DNA of 64,000 nt from Alphaproteobacteria bacterium (GTDB lineage Bacteria; Pseudomonadota; Alphaproteobacteria; UBA828): positions 2,624,001 to 2,688,000 of the forward strand of contig OZ243972.1 of NCBI GenBank assembly GCA_965214705.1, given 5' to 3'. A program made the position numbers and the translations under genes. The notes beneath the pieces were generated by a model that ran no database searches, had not been told where the DNA came from, and saw nothing but the letters and a program-made list of their open reading frames with translations. Numbering within the stretch: the first letter of the stretch is position 1; each line of letters opens with the position of its first letter. Positions 54,698 to 64,000 of this stretch are shown here, in pieces.

Positions 54698-55897
54698 ATG
54701 CGCAAGGTGATGATCGGCGGGACCGGGATGACCCGGTTCGGCAAGTTCCTGGACACGAATCTGCGCGCGCTCGCCGCCGAGGCGGCGACGGCAGCGCTCG
54801 CCGATGCCGATACCACGGCCGACGAGGTCGGCATGGTCTTCTTCGGCAACGCGGCGGGCGGGCTGCTCGGCGCGCAGGAATGCGTGCGCGGGCAGGTGGC
54901 GCTGCGCCATTCCGGCCTGCTGGGCAAGCCGATCGTCAATGTCGAGAACGCCTGCGCCTCCTCGTCCACGGCGTTTCATCTGGCGGTGCTGGCCGTGGGC
55001 TCCGGCCAGTGCGACGTGGCGCTCGCGGTGGGTGCCGAGAAGATGAGCAACGAGGACAGGACCGTGCCGATCAAAGCGCTGGAGGCGGCGGCGGATCGCG
55101 ACGAGTTCGAAGAGCTGAAGAAGCGGATCGCCCCCGGCGGCGCCGGCACGGGCTCGGTCTTCATGGACCTCTATTCGAGCCTCGCGCGGGACTATGCGGA
55201 GCAGACCGGCGCCACGCCCGCCGACTACGCCCGGGTCTCGGTCAAGCAGCGGCGGGCCGGCGCGCTCAACGAGAAGGCGCAGTTCCAGGAGGAGGTCACG
55301 CTGGAAGACGTGCTGCAAAGCCGCATGATCGCGGAGCCGCTCACGCTGATGATGTGCTCGTCGATCGGCGATGGTGCCGCCGCGCTGGTGCTGATGAGCG
55401 AGGACTACGCGCAGCGCAAGGCGGCCCACCCGGTGGCGGTGCTCGCGAGCGAGCTGCGCTCCGGCCAGGGCGACGACCCCGAGGCCCCGCCGGTCGCTCA
55501 GGCCGCCGCCACGGCAGCCTACGAGACGGCGGGGCTTGGGCCCGAGGACCTCAGCGTCGCCGAAATCCATGACGCCGCGGCGCCGGCGGAGCTGATGCTC
55601 TCGGAGCAGCTCGGCTTCTGCCGTCCGGGCGATGCGGTCGGCCTGCTGCGCGACGGCGTCACCGCGCTGGATGGCCGTATGCCGATCAACCCGAGCGGCG
55701 GGCTGCTCAGCAAGGGGCACCCCATCGGTGCGACCGGCGCGGCGCAGCTCGTCGAGCTGGCCGACCAGATGCGCGGTCGCTCGGGCGCCCGCCAGAAGAA
55801 GGGCGCGCGCTTCGGCCTCGCCGAGAATGCCGGCGGCTGGATCGGCGCGGACGCCGCTGCCGCCTGCGTCACTATCCTGGGCTCGACTAGGCACTAG
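54698..55897 (+). CDS. SCP2-type thiolase family protein
   Basis: NVENACASSSTAF, EIHDA, NPSGGLLSKGHPIGATG. Confidence 0.9.
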   Translation: MRKVMIGGTGMTRFGKFLDTNLRALAAEAATAALADADTTADEVGMVFFGNAAGGLLGAQECVRGQVALRHSGLLGKPIVNVENACASSSTAFHLAVLAVGSGQCDVALAVGAEKMSNEDRTVPIKALEAAADRDEFEELKKRIAPGGAGTGSVFMDLYSSLARDYAEQTGATPADYARVSVKQRRAGALNEKAQFQEEVTLEDVLQSRMIAEPLTLMMCSSIGDGAAALVLMSEDYAQRKAAHPVAVLASELRSGQGDDPEAPPVAQAAATAAYETAGLGPEDLSVAEIHDAAAPAELMLSEQLGFCRPGDAVGLLRDGVTALDGRMPINPSGGLLSKGHPIGATGAAQLVELADQMRGRSGARQKKGARFGLAENAGGWIGADAAAACVTILGSTRH

Positions 55898-55994
55898 CGC
55901 GGCGACCACGAGAGGGCAGAACCAGAAGGGGCCGGGCCGTCAGGCCCGGAGCGAGCGCCCGGCGATTGAGAGAAATGGAAAAGAGGAGAAGGGC

Positions 55995-56777
55995 ATGAGC
56001 GAGAACGCCGTGCTGGTCGAGGTCGCGGGCAGGGCAGGGGTCATTACCGTCAACCGGCCGGAGAGACTTAACGCGCTCGACGTGCCGACCTGCGGCGCCC
56101 TCGACGATGCCGTGAGCCAGGTGGAGGCGGACGAGGCGGTGCGGGTCGTGGTGTTCACCGGCGCGGGCCGCGCGTTCGTGGCCGGCGGCGACATCGCCGA
56201 TCTCGACTCGCGCCGGGGCTTGGCCCACTACGAGGAGTTCGCCGCGCCGATCCACCGGCTGTTCCGCCGGATCGAGACCCTGGACAAGCCGACCATCGCG
56301 GTCGTCAACGGCTTCGCGCTCGGCGGCGGCGCGGAACTCATGCTCTCCACCGACATCCGGGTGCTCTCCTCGGTGGCCAAGATCGGCGTGCCCGAGATCA
56401 ATCTCGGGCTCTTCCCCGGTGCCGGCGGCTCGCAGCGCCTGATCCGCCAGATACCGCTCTGCTGCGCCAAGGAGATGATGTTCTCCGGCGCCCCCATCGG
56501 TGCGGAGGAGGCAGTGGCGCTCGGCCTCGCCAATCGGGTGGTCGAGCCCGAGGCGCTGATGGAGGAGGCGCTGGCCCTTGCCGAAAGGATCGCGGACAAG
56601 TCGCCGCTCGTGCTGCGCCTGCTCAAGCGCACCATCGATGCCGGCGCCGACATGCCGCTGCCGGCGGCGCTCGCCCACGAGCAGGCCATGATCTCGCTGG
56701 TGCTCGACAGCGAGGACGCGCACGAGGGCTGCCGGGCGTTCCTGGAGAAGCGCAAGGCCAGCTTCAAGGGCGCCTGA
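55995..56777 (+). CDS. Enoyl-CoA hydratase/isomerase
   Basis: NRPERLNAL, FVAGGDI, GFALGGGAEL, PEINLGLFPGAGG. Confidence 0.93.
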   Translation: MSENAVLVEVAGRAGVITVNRPERLNALDVPTCGALDDAVSQVEADEAVRVVVFTGAGRAFVAGGDIADLDSRRGLAHYEEFAAPIHRLFRRIETLDKPTIAVVNGFALGGGAELMLSTDIRVLSSVAKIGVPEINLGLFPGAGGSQRLIRQIPLCCAKEMMFSGAPIGAEEAVALGLANRVVEPEALMEEALALAERIADKSPLVLRLLKRTIDAGADMPLPAALAHEQAMISLVLDSEDAHEGCRAFLEKRKASFKGA

Positions 56778-56780
56778 GCG

Positions 56781-57953
56781 GTGGAGGTCCAGCTCTCCGA
56801 AGAACAGGCGCTGATGCTGGAGACGGCACGGCGCATCGGAGCCGCGTACGGTCTTGACTACTGGCGGGCGCTGGACGAAGAGGGCGCCTACCCGAGCGCG
56901 ATGTGGCAGGCGATTTGCGACGCGGGTTTTGGGGGCATCGCGCTGCCGGAGGAGCATGGCGGCGCCGGGCTCGGGATGCTCGACCAGGCGCTGGTGATCG
57001 AGGCGCTCTGCGAGGCGGGCGCGGGCAGCACGCTCGCTCAGATATTCATGGTCAACCCGATTTTCGGCGGCGTCGCCATCGCGCGCTACGGCACGGAGGC
57101 GATGCGCCGCGATCTGCTGCCGCCGCTCATCGCGGGCGACATCCAGTGCTGCATGGCGCTCACCGAGCCGGACGCCGGCACCAACAGCCTGGAGCTTCGC
57201 ACCTTCGCCGAGGCCCACGGCAACGGCTGGCGGCTCAACGGCCGGAAAATATGGATCTCGGCGGTGCCGACGGCTGACAAGATGCTGGTGGTGGCCCGTA
57301 CCAAGAAGGTCGAGGACTCGGAGCGCCGCACCGACGGCATCTCGCTCTTCCTCGTCGACGTGGAGCGCGAGGGGCTGACCCACTCCACCATCGAGAAGGC
57401 GGGCACCCACTGCGTGCCGGCGAGCAACGTCTATTTCGAGAACACGCCGGTGGCGGGCGACGAGCTGGTCGGCACGCTCCACGGCGGCTGGAAGGAGCTG
57501 CTCGACGTGCTCAACACCGAGCGCATCGTCACCGCCGCCGGCCTCGTGGGCACCGTGCGGCTGGCGCTCGGTCTCGCGGTCGACTACGCCAACGAGCGCC
57601 GCGTGTTCGGAGACCGGCCAATCGCCTCGTACCAGGGGCTGCAGTTCCCGCTCGCCCAGGCGAAGGCGGAGATCGAGTGCGCCGCGGTGATGAACCACAA
57701 GGCCGCTGCGCTGCACGATGCCGGCCTGCCCTACGGTTCCGAAGCTAACATGGCCAAGCTCATCGCGGCGCAGGCCGCCGCCGAGGGGCTGGAGCGCGCG
57801 ATGCAGGCCATGGGCGGCATGGGCTACGCCAAGGAGATGCACCTGGAGCGACTCTGGCGCGACGCGCGCCTCTTCCGCTTCGCGCCGATCTCGGAGGAGA
57901 TGATCCTCAACTACGTCGCCGTACACGACCTCGGCATGGCGCGGGGGTATTGA
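56781..57953 (+). CDS. Acyl-CoA dehydrogenase
   Basis: MALTEPDAGT, LNGRKIWIS, RRVFG.RPI..YQGLQ, GGMGY..E..LERLWRD. Confidence 0.94.
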   Translation: MEVQLSEEQALMLETARRIGAAYGLDYWRALDEEGAYPSAMWQAICDAGFGGIALPEEHGGAGLGMLDQALVIEALCEAGAGSTLAQIFMVNPIFGGVAIARYGTEAMRRDLLPPLIAGDIQCCMALTEPDAGTNSLELRTFAEAHGNGWRLNGRKIWISAVPTADKMLVVARTKKVEDSERRTDGISLFLVDVEREGLTHSTIEKAGTHCVPASNVYFENTPVAGDELVGTLHGGWKELLDVLNTERIVTAAGLVGTVRLALGLAVDYANERRVFGDRPIASYQGLQFPLAQAKAEIECAAVMNHKAAALHDAGLPYGSEANMAKLIAAQAAAEGLERAMQAMGGMGYAKEMHLERLWRDARLFRFAPISEEMILNYVAVHDLGMARGY

Positions 57954-58113
57954 GGGGCGCCGGCCAGTCTTACAAGCAGCGGGGCGACGAAGGCACCCCC
58001 ACCTTGCATCTCGTCCACTCGCCGTCGGGGTTATTGTGATGGCGTTGGACGCGGGCGGGAGACCGATCCACCTCTGGTCTCGACATCGACGTGAGCCAAT
58101 CAGGGAGGCACCG

Positions 58114-59127
58114 ATGCGCATCTACAACTACAAGAAGGGGACGGCGCGACGGCTCGCGGTAGAGGATAACAAGGAGCTGGTCGACCCGATCGATGCGCTG
58201 GGCGGTCAGCGCAAGCTCGTTGCGCGGGACCGCGAGGCGCTCGCCGACACGATCTCTTTCATCGAATCCGGGGATCGGGGATTGCGCCTTGCGCGCAAGG
58301 CGATCCGCGAAAGCCGCGGCAGCGGCAAGGGCCGCCGCAGCCTGGCCCGGACCACGCTGTTCGCGCCCGTTGAGCCCGCGGTCATCCTGTGTTCGGGAGA
58401 GAACTACTGGGATCATCGGGACGAGAAGCCGGTGGTCGAGGGCAAGGAACCCGAGTTCTTCATCAAGCTCCAGCAATGCGCCAACGGGCCATACGACGAC
58501 ATCGTCTACGAGCCGAAGATCACCCGGAAGCTGGACTATGAAACCGAGCTTGCCATCGTCATCGGCAAGGGCGGGCGCCACATCGCCAAGAGGGATGCGA
58601 TGAAGCACATATTCGGTTTCACCGTCATGAACGATGTCACGGCCCGGGATCGGCAGGTCAAGATGCGGCCCGACGGCACCTCGCAATATGCGCTCGGACC
58701 GGGCAAGAACTTCGATACCTCCGCGCCGCTCGGCCCCTGCATCGTCACGACAGACGAGCTCGGCAACCCACAGAAGCTGGCGCTCCGCACCTGGGTCAAC
58801 GACGAGCTGCGCCAGAACAACACCACCGCGATGATGATCTGGAACGTCCGGGAGCTGGTCCACTTCTTTTCGGGCTTCGTCACCCTGAAACCTGGTTCGG
58901 TGATTTCGACGGGCACGCCCGGCGGAACCGCGTGGGGAACCGATCCCGAGCTGGGCGGGCGCGGTGCCCAGACCGAACGCGAAGACATCGAGCTCGCCGG
59001 GGGCTATCTCAAGGTCGGCGATGTGGTCACCTGTGAGATCGAAGGCATCGGCCGCCTGCGGGCCAGGGTCGTGCTATCCGGGCATTCGCGGAGAAAAACC
59101 TCGGCAAGAATCAAGCAAAATCAATGA
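58114..59127 (+). CDS. Fumarylacetoacetate hydrolase family protein
   Basis: LDYETELA, NDVTARD, GKNFDTSAPLGP, STGTPGG. Confidence 0.92.
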   Translation: MRIYNYKKGTARRLAVEDNKELVDPIDALGGQRKLVARDREALADTISFIESGDRGLRLARKAIRESRGSGKGRRSLARTTLFAPVEPAVILCSGENYWDHRDEKPVVEGKEPEFFIKLQQCANGPYDDIVYEPKITRKLDYETELAIVIGKGGRHIAKRDAMKHIFGFTVMNDVTARDRQVKMRPDGTSQYALGPGKNFDTSAPLGPCIVTTDELGNPQKLALRTWVNDELRQNNTTAMMIWNVRELVHFFSGFVTLKPGSVISTGTPGGTAWGTDPELGGRGAQTEREDIELAGGYLKVGDVVTCEIEGIGRLRARVVLSGHSRRKTSARIKQNQ

Positions 59128-59169
59128 ATTATCGTTCCAATCGGCATCCAATCTATGCGCCGATGAACA

Positions 59170-59228
59170 GCCATGGTCGGCCTGCGCCGACCGTGGCAGG
59201 TGAGAGGGCGGGAGGGGAAGCCGCCCTC
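59170..59228. terminator. Two hairpins between convergent genes
   Basis: GCCATGGTCGGC / GCCGACCGTGGC and GAGGGCGG / CCGCCCTC. Confidence 0.45.
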
Positions 59229-59230
59229 CC

Positions 59231-59989
59231 TCAGTTCACATTCGCGGCCTCGCCCAGGGGCGGGCCGATTTCGCGGTTTATGACGAGGTCGGCGATACCG
59301 TCGAGGTCGGTGGGTTCGCGGTTCAGGATGACGAGGGTGGAGCCGGATTCCTTGGCGAGCATGGGCAACCCGGCGGCGGGGTAAACGACGAGCGACGAGC
59401 CGATGGCGAGGAAGAGGTCGCAGGCAAGCGTCTCGCGCTTCGCGCGATTCATCTCGTCCTCCGGCATCGCTTGGCCGAAGGAGATCGTCGCCGTCTTGAC
59501 CGGCGCTCCGCAGAGCGTGCAGGCGGGCGGCACGGAGTCCCTCTCGAACGCCTCCTTGATCGGAGCAAGCTCGTAGCGGGTCCCGCAGGCGACGCATTTC
59601 GCATAGCTGCCGTTGCCGTGGAGCTCGATCACCTTCTCCTTGGGCACGCCCGAATCCTGGTGCAGGTTGTCGATGTTCTGGGTGATCACACTCGAGACCT
59701 TGCCGATTCGGACCAGCTTGGCGACCGCTCGGTGCCCGCGGTTGGGCGTGGCGTCCACGATGTCCCGGTCGACCAGCAACTTGCGCCGCCAGGCCTCGAT
59801 ACGCGCGTCCTCGGAGGCGAGGAACTCCTGGTAATAGATCGGCTTGGTCTGCGACCAGATGCCGGTCGGGCTGCGGAAGTCCGGGATGCCCGACTCGGTC
59901 GATATCCCGGCGCCGGTAAAGACGACCGCCCGGCGCGCGTCCGCGATCATCCCAGCGAGGCGCTCGATATCGGCGCGGGCGCCCTCCAT
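59231..59989 (-). CDS. cobB: Sir2-family NAD-dependent protein deacylase
   Basis: GAGISTESGIPDFR, TQNIDNLH, ELHG, two CxxC, GSSLVVYPAA. Confidence 0.92.
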   Translation of the reverse strand: MEGARADIERLAGMIADARRAVVFTGAGISTESGIPDFRSPTGIWSQTKPIYYQEFLASEDARIEAWRRKLLVDRDIVDATPNRGHRAVAKLVRIGKVSSVITQNIDNLHQDSGVPKEKVIELHGNGSYAKCVACGTRYELAPIKEAFERDSVPPACTLCGAPVKTATISFGQAMPEDEMNRAKRETLACDLFLAIGSSLVVYPAAGLPMLAKESGSTLVILNREPTDLDGIADLVINREIGPPLGEAANVN

Positions 59990-60181
59990 CTCAGCCGCGC
60001 TCCGGGGTAGCCACGTCTCAGTCTTCCTTATTGCTGTCGTCGGTCACGCGCTCAAGGAGGTCCTACTGACAGGTCTCGTCAAGACCAGCATCAGCTTCGG
60101 GATGATCGGCCTACCCAATTGAGTAGTCCAGTTTTAATGTTGGTTGCGGCCTGTCGCCCGTCCGCTGAAAGCGGGCGGGCT

Positions 60182-61045
60182 CTACCGATGCTTCTCCAGG
60201 AAGGGGCCGACGGCGGCGTGGTAGCCTTGCGGGTTCTCCCAGAACGGCATGTGGGCGCAGCCGGGGAAGAAGGCATACTCCGAGTTTGGCAGATATTGGC
60301 ACGAAACGGCACAGAGCTCCGGCAGCACGTAGTCGTGCTCGCTGGCGACGACCAGAGTCGGTGTCGTCACGCGATGCAGGTCGCCCATACGGTCGAACCA
60401 CCGGAGCGTACCGGTACAGTTGAAGAGATGCGGCCCGAACATGCGCCGGAGCGGGCCGTAGCCGATATCGCTCAAGGACTTCTGCACTGGCTCGGGCCAG
60501 GTCTCCATCCGACACATGTGCCGGTAGAGCAGCATAGTTACGGCCGCTTGGTACTCCGGATGCTCGGTGGTGCCTTCGGATTCGCGGCGCGCCATCATGC
60601 GCACGGTCTCATCTCCGAGGTTCTGCTTGCAGCGGAGGAAGCCCGCCTGAACCTCACGGAAGTCGTAGGCGATGCTGCTGGAGACGAAGCACTTCACGTT
60701 GTCGGGATGGGCGAGGCAGTATTCGAGGCCGAGCATCCCGCCCCATGAGTTGCCCACCACGGCGACCCGGCCGAGGTCGAGGGCGCTACGCACCGTCTCC
60801 ATCTCTTCCACGTAGCGCTCCACGGTCCAGAGCGCATCGTCGTCCGGCCGGTCGGATTCGCCGCAACCGAGCTGATCCCACGAGACCACGCGGAACCCCT
60901 GCTCGGCGTAGCAGAGATGGGCGTCGCGCACGTAGTTGCACGGCACCCCCGGACCGCCATGGACTACCAGGATCACGTCATCGCCCGCGCCCTCGCTGAA
61001 CGCGGTGACGGAATGCGCGCCGACGCGCACCGGAATTCGCTCCAT
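60182..61045 (-). CDS. Proline iminopeptidase-family alpha/beta hydrolase
   Basis: HGGPG, DQLGCGESD, GNSWGG. Confidence 0.9.
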   Translation of the reverse strand: MERIPVRVGAHSVTAFSEGAGDDVILVVHGGPGVPCNYVRDAHLCYAEQGFRVVSWDQLGCGESDRPDDDALWTVERYVEEMETVRSALDLGRVAVVGNSWGGMLGLEYCLAHPDNVKCFVSSSIAYDFREVQAGFLRCKQNLGDETVRMMARRESEGTTEHPEYQAAVTMLLYRHMCRMETWPEPVQKSLSDIGYGPLRRMFGPHLFNCTGTLRWFDRMGDLHRVTTPTLVVASEHDYVLPELCAVSCQYLPNSEYAFFPGCAHMPFWENPQGYHAAVGPFLEKHR

Positions 61046-61113
61046 CTCGTTCTCCCTGCCCGCCGTTGCAGACACCGTGTGCTACGCTCGGCTGCCGGCC
61101 ACAGGAGCAGCCA

Positions 61114-61941
61114 GTGCGCGTAGCCTTCATCGATATCGACGGTACCCGCACACGTTATCTTTATGAAGGCGATGCAGGCGAAACCTTGCTTCTCATTCAC
61201 GGATTCGGGCTGAGCGCCGACATCTGGGCGCATGTGCTCGACCCGCTGGCGGCGCATTTCTCCGTGTTTGCGCCCGACATCCTCGGTCACGGCTTCACCG
61301 ACTTCAAAGAGCCCGGCGCAGACGCCGCGCCGCTGGTGATGACCCGGCACCTCGAAGGCTTCATGGACGCGGTAGGGATCGAGCGCTGTGCCGTGCTCGG
61401 CAGCTCGCTCGGCGGCCTGCTGGCGCCGCTGCTCTATGCCGCGCGGCCCGAGAGCATCACGGCGCTGATCATCGACGGCTTGCACACGCCCGTCTCCGAT
61501 ACCGGCAAGCTGCCGCCGGAGACGATCAGGGCGACCATGGCCAACGGCACCACGGCGATGACCGACGTGACCTGGCAGTCGTGCATCGATCGCATGGGGC
61601 GAATCTGCCACGACCCCGCGCGCTCGCCCGCCGACATCGCGCTGATGCAAGTCACGGTCTACGCTCAGCCCGACCGGCTGCCGGCCTACCTCGCCTACGG
61701 TCAGAGCATGATCGACCACGTGGATGACGAGGCGGTGCGGATGCGGCCCGAAACCATCGCGGTGCCGACGCTCTTCCTCAGCGGCCGGCAGGACATCCGC
61801 GCCCCCATCGAGGTGATCGAGAAGAACTACCGGCGCGTTCCCGGCGCCAGCCTCAGCGTGTTCGAGGAATGCGGCCACCTGCCCGAGGTGGAGCATCCTG
61901 AAAAATTCGCGGAAACGGTGACGGCGTTCCTGCGGGGATAG
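61114..61941 (+). CDS. Alpha/beta hydrolase
   Basis: LIHGFG, PDILGHG, GSSLGG, GHLPEVEHP; GTG start with AGGAG. Confidence 0.9.
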   Translation: MRVAFIDIDGTRTRYLYEGDAGETLLLIHGFGLSADIWAHVLDPLAAHFSVFAPDILGHGFTDFKEPGADAAPLVMTRHLEGFMDAVGIERCAVLGSSLGGLLAPLLYAARPESITALIIDGLHTPVSDTGKLPPETIRATMANGTTAMTDVTWQSCIDRMGRICHDPARSPADIALMQVTVYAQPDRLPAYLAYGQSMIDHVDDEAVRMRPETIAVPTLFLSGRQDIRAPIEVIEKNYRRVPGASLSVFEECGHLPEVEHPEKFAETVTAFLRG

Positions 61942-62493
61942 CCCGGACCATGGTGCTTTGTCCGCCCGGACATTCGCAGCACCGGGAAGGTCAGGAGAGT
62001 GTACTATTATTTCTCTCTATATCAGTGCGTTGCAGTTCCCTCTCGATGAGCGCTGTCGCATTGTCCCAAACATCAGGCACCAAATAGGCGCAACTTGAAT
62101 TCGTATTCCTGCGTACACGATCCGCCTGTTAGTTGCGATTTATGGATATTTATTCCTAATATCGTAATCTGTGGCCGGCCCAGACACCGGCCCCAGGAGG
62201 CCAGCCGCGCTCACACTCCGCCAATCAAGGGGCAAGGGGGGGCGCTTTCGAGTTGTCCTCCCGCATCCTCACCGACCTGCCTTCCTCGCGGTGCCGACCC
62301 GCCCCGGCGGCGAGGCGCGCGGCGTTCCTTGAACACCGGCCACCCCCGACCGGGCGCCCATGATATCGACGCCTGGCCCGGGGCGACAGCTTCCGGGTGC
62401 TGCCCGGACTTCCTGTCTGCTCATCGCCATGCGAGGCCCGCGTCCGGTATATTCCCGTGCGCACGGGTGAAGCCCGCGCGCGATGACTACGGA

Positions 62494-63393
62494 ATGCACA
62501 GCATGGGTTCCGTTGCCGACAAGATCGCGAAGAAGATCATCGCGTCCCGCGGGTCGAAGGTCGTCGATCTCACGAGCTGGCGGGAAGGCAGAACGATGGC
62601 CCTCGAAGCCGGTTTCGATGGCGAGGGTCCGGTCCCCGACAAGTTCGCGGACCTTGACCCGTGCCACGGCATCTACGCGTTGGCGCAGAACATCGCCTCC
62701 CTCATGGCCGAATCGATTTCCGGGATGAGAGAGGCAAAGGGGTACGTCAGGATCGCCGGCGCCGCCGAGGACGAGTACCTGCCGGCCGGGCCGCCGATGA
62801 GCCCGTTGACGGTCAGCTACTTCACGATGTGGGCGCTGTTCGACGTCCGGTTCGGGAGCAGCCGGGAAACCATGGGCAGCTGCATCCTGCGCATCGCGCC
62901 CGAGTTCGATTCCCCGTCCTGGCTGATCGACACCGTCGAGCGGATGCAGCACTCGAGGATGGGCTTCTACGTCCACTGCGGCAGCGAGGACGAGGGGGTC
63001 CTGCTGCGCGAGGTCGGCACGCGGCAGATCGTTTCGTGCACGGTGCCGGCTGGCTATGCCGGCCGCGAGGGGGAGATCTGGTTCGTGCGCGTGCTTCCGC
63101 CGCCCCACCGCCTGTGCCGCCGGCATATCGTGATCAACACGCCCTACGTCATCCGGGACTGGCCCGAACGCGCCTTTGTCGACTATCTGGAGCGCGAGCT
63201 TGCGCGGATGATGGCGAAGAAGCCGCCCCGGACGGATGACGCACACGGTCATCTGATGAAGTACGGTCCGGAGCCCAACCACTGGAACGAATATGTCTTC
63301 TGCGCGTATTCGGGTCATCGGCATGAGGCGATCTTTCTGACCGGCATCCCGGACATCCGGCAGAGTCTTCCCCATGCCTCGCCGGTTCGGTAG
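62494..63393 (+). CDS. Hypothetical protein (~299 aa)
   Basis: Long ORF with protein-like composition; no motif recognised; start is uncertain. Confidence 0.7.
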   Translation: MHSMGSVADKIAKKIIASRGSKVVDLTSWREGRTMALEAGFDGEGPVPDKFADLDPCHGIYALAQNIASLMAESISGMREAKGYVRIAGAAEDEYLPAGPPMSPLTVSYFTMWALFDVRFGSSRETMGSCILRIAPEFDSPSWLIDTVERMQHSRMGFYVHCGSEDEGVLLREVGTRQIVSCTVPAGYAGREGEIWFVRVLPPPHRLCRRHIVINTPYVIRDWPERAFVDYLERELARMMAKKPPRTDDAHGHLMKYGPEPNHWNEYVFCAYSGHRHEAIFLTGIPDIRQSLPHASPVR

Positions 63394-63711
63394 CTCGGCG
63401 GTCATTGGGCATCGACGGCACGCGGCGGCGCCCTTATCGACATGGAGGCGCTGAAGGCAATCCCGGTCATGCAGCGCATTCCCGTCGCCAGCATTGCCGC
63501 CTGGCAGGCCGGGGAACGCGCCCTCGACGCCGGCGACCCGGAGAACGGCCGGCAGCCCTTCGACGATCAGCGGTCCTGCCGGCGGCTGGCCCGCCCCCCG
63601 GCCGGGAACAGGCCGCAGCTGCTTCCACGGACCGCCGCTTCCGACCTTGGCGGCCGTTCGGCGGCGTAGTATGCAGCCGGTCGTTCCACTGAGCATCAGG
63701 AGACCCCGGTC

Positions 63712-64000
63712 ATGCCCGCATCGACTCCCCGCAAGGCCACGGCGCTCAAGGAAGCGATGACCAAGAGCCAGATGATCGCCTCGCTTTCCGAATCCACGGG
63801 ACTGCCCAAGAAGGATGTCGCTGCCGTGCTCGACGACCTGGGGCTTCTCATAGAGCGTCACGTCAAGAAGCGCGCCGTCGGCACCTTCACGCTGCCGGGC
63901 CTGTTGAAGATCAGGCGCGTGCGCAAGCCTGCGCGCAAGGCGCGGACGATGATCTCGCCGCGCACGGGCGAAGAGATCGAAGTCCCGGCCAAGCGGGCCT
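63712..64000 (+). CDS. HU-family DNA-binding protein; runs off the right edge and is absent from the ORF track
   Basis: MTKSQMIASLSESTGLPKKDVAAV...FTLPGLLKI...KPARKAR..ISPRTGEEIEVPAK; AGGAGA RBS. Confidence 0.92.
   Translation, partial: MPASTPRKATALKEAMTKSQMIASLSESTGLPKKDVAAVLDDLGLLIERHVKKRAVGTFTLPGLLKIRRVRKPARKARTMISPRTGEEIEVPAKRA

Noticed and set aside
59231-59989. Sir2 protein as an anti-phage effector
   Set aside because: Canonical zinc-binding CobB-type deacylase with no defence partner genes nearby.

Overview
GC-rich bacterial DNA, probably alphaproteobacterial (inferred from the bamD-recN-ligA block and the serC type). It has three parts. (1) About 1-22.2 kb is a dense, nested mobile-element zone around a decaying, less GC-rich catabolic island. 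The island holds a sugar-type ABC transporter, a biuret-hydrolase-like enzyme, an unannotated ring-opening amidohydrolase relic, an AtzF-C-terminus-like protein, a split GntR and a truncated hydantoinase. The mobile elements are a RIT-type recombinase end, class E group II intron pieces, IS1634, IS3 remnants, IS66, two IS110/IS1111 and two IS1380. (2) About 22.7-62 kb is metabolic and housekeeping genes: a copper monooxygenase fusion, an aminotransferase, a Tm-1-like pair, a branched-chain ABC transporter with an inserted vapBC, amidase, hydantoinase/oxoprolinase, sdaA, rmuC, serA/serC, bamD-recN-ligA-lipB, an orphan diiron monooxygenase beta subunit with beta-oxidation genes, and cobB. (3) The right edge has a hypothetical gene and an HU-like gene. 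Three observations stand out. First, the non-coding ends of both IS110 elements contain segments that match their own insertion flanks and ends, as expected for bridge/seek RNAs; one appears programmed against another IS110 transposase gene and the other against an IS3 terminal repeat. Second, an intact IS66 has ~310-bp inverted ends built from an ORF-less group II intron whose EBS1 matches the IS66 tip. Third, there is a degraded amidohydrolase gene that the ORF track does not recover. All calls come from reading and manually translating the sequence; no searches were run.
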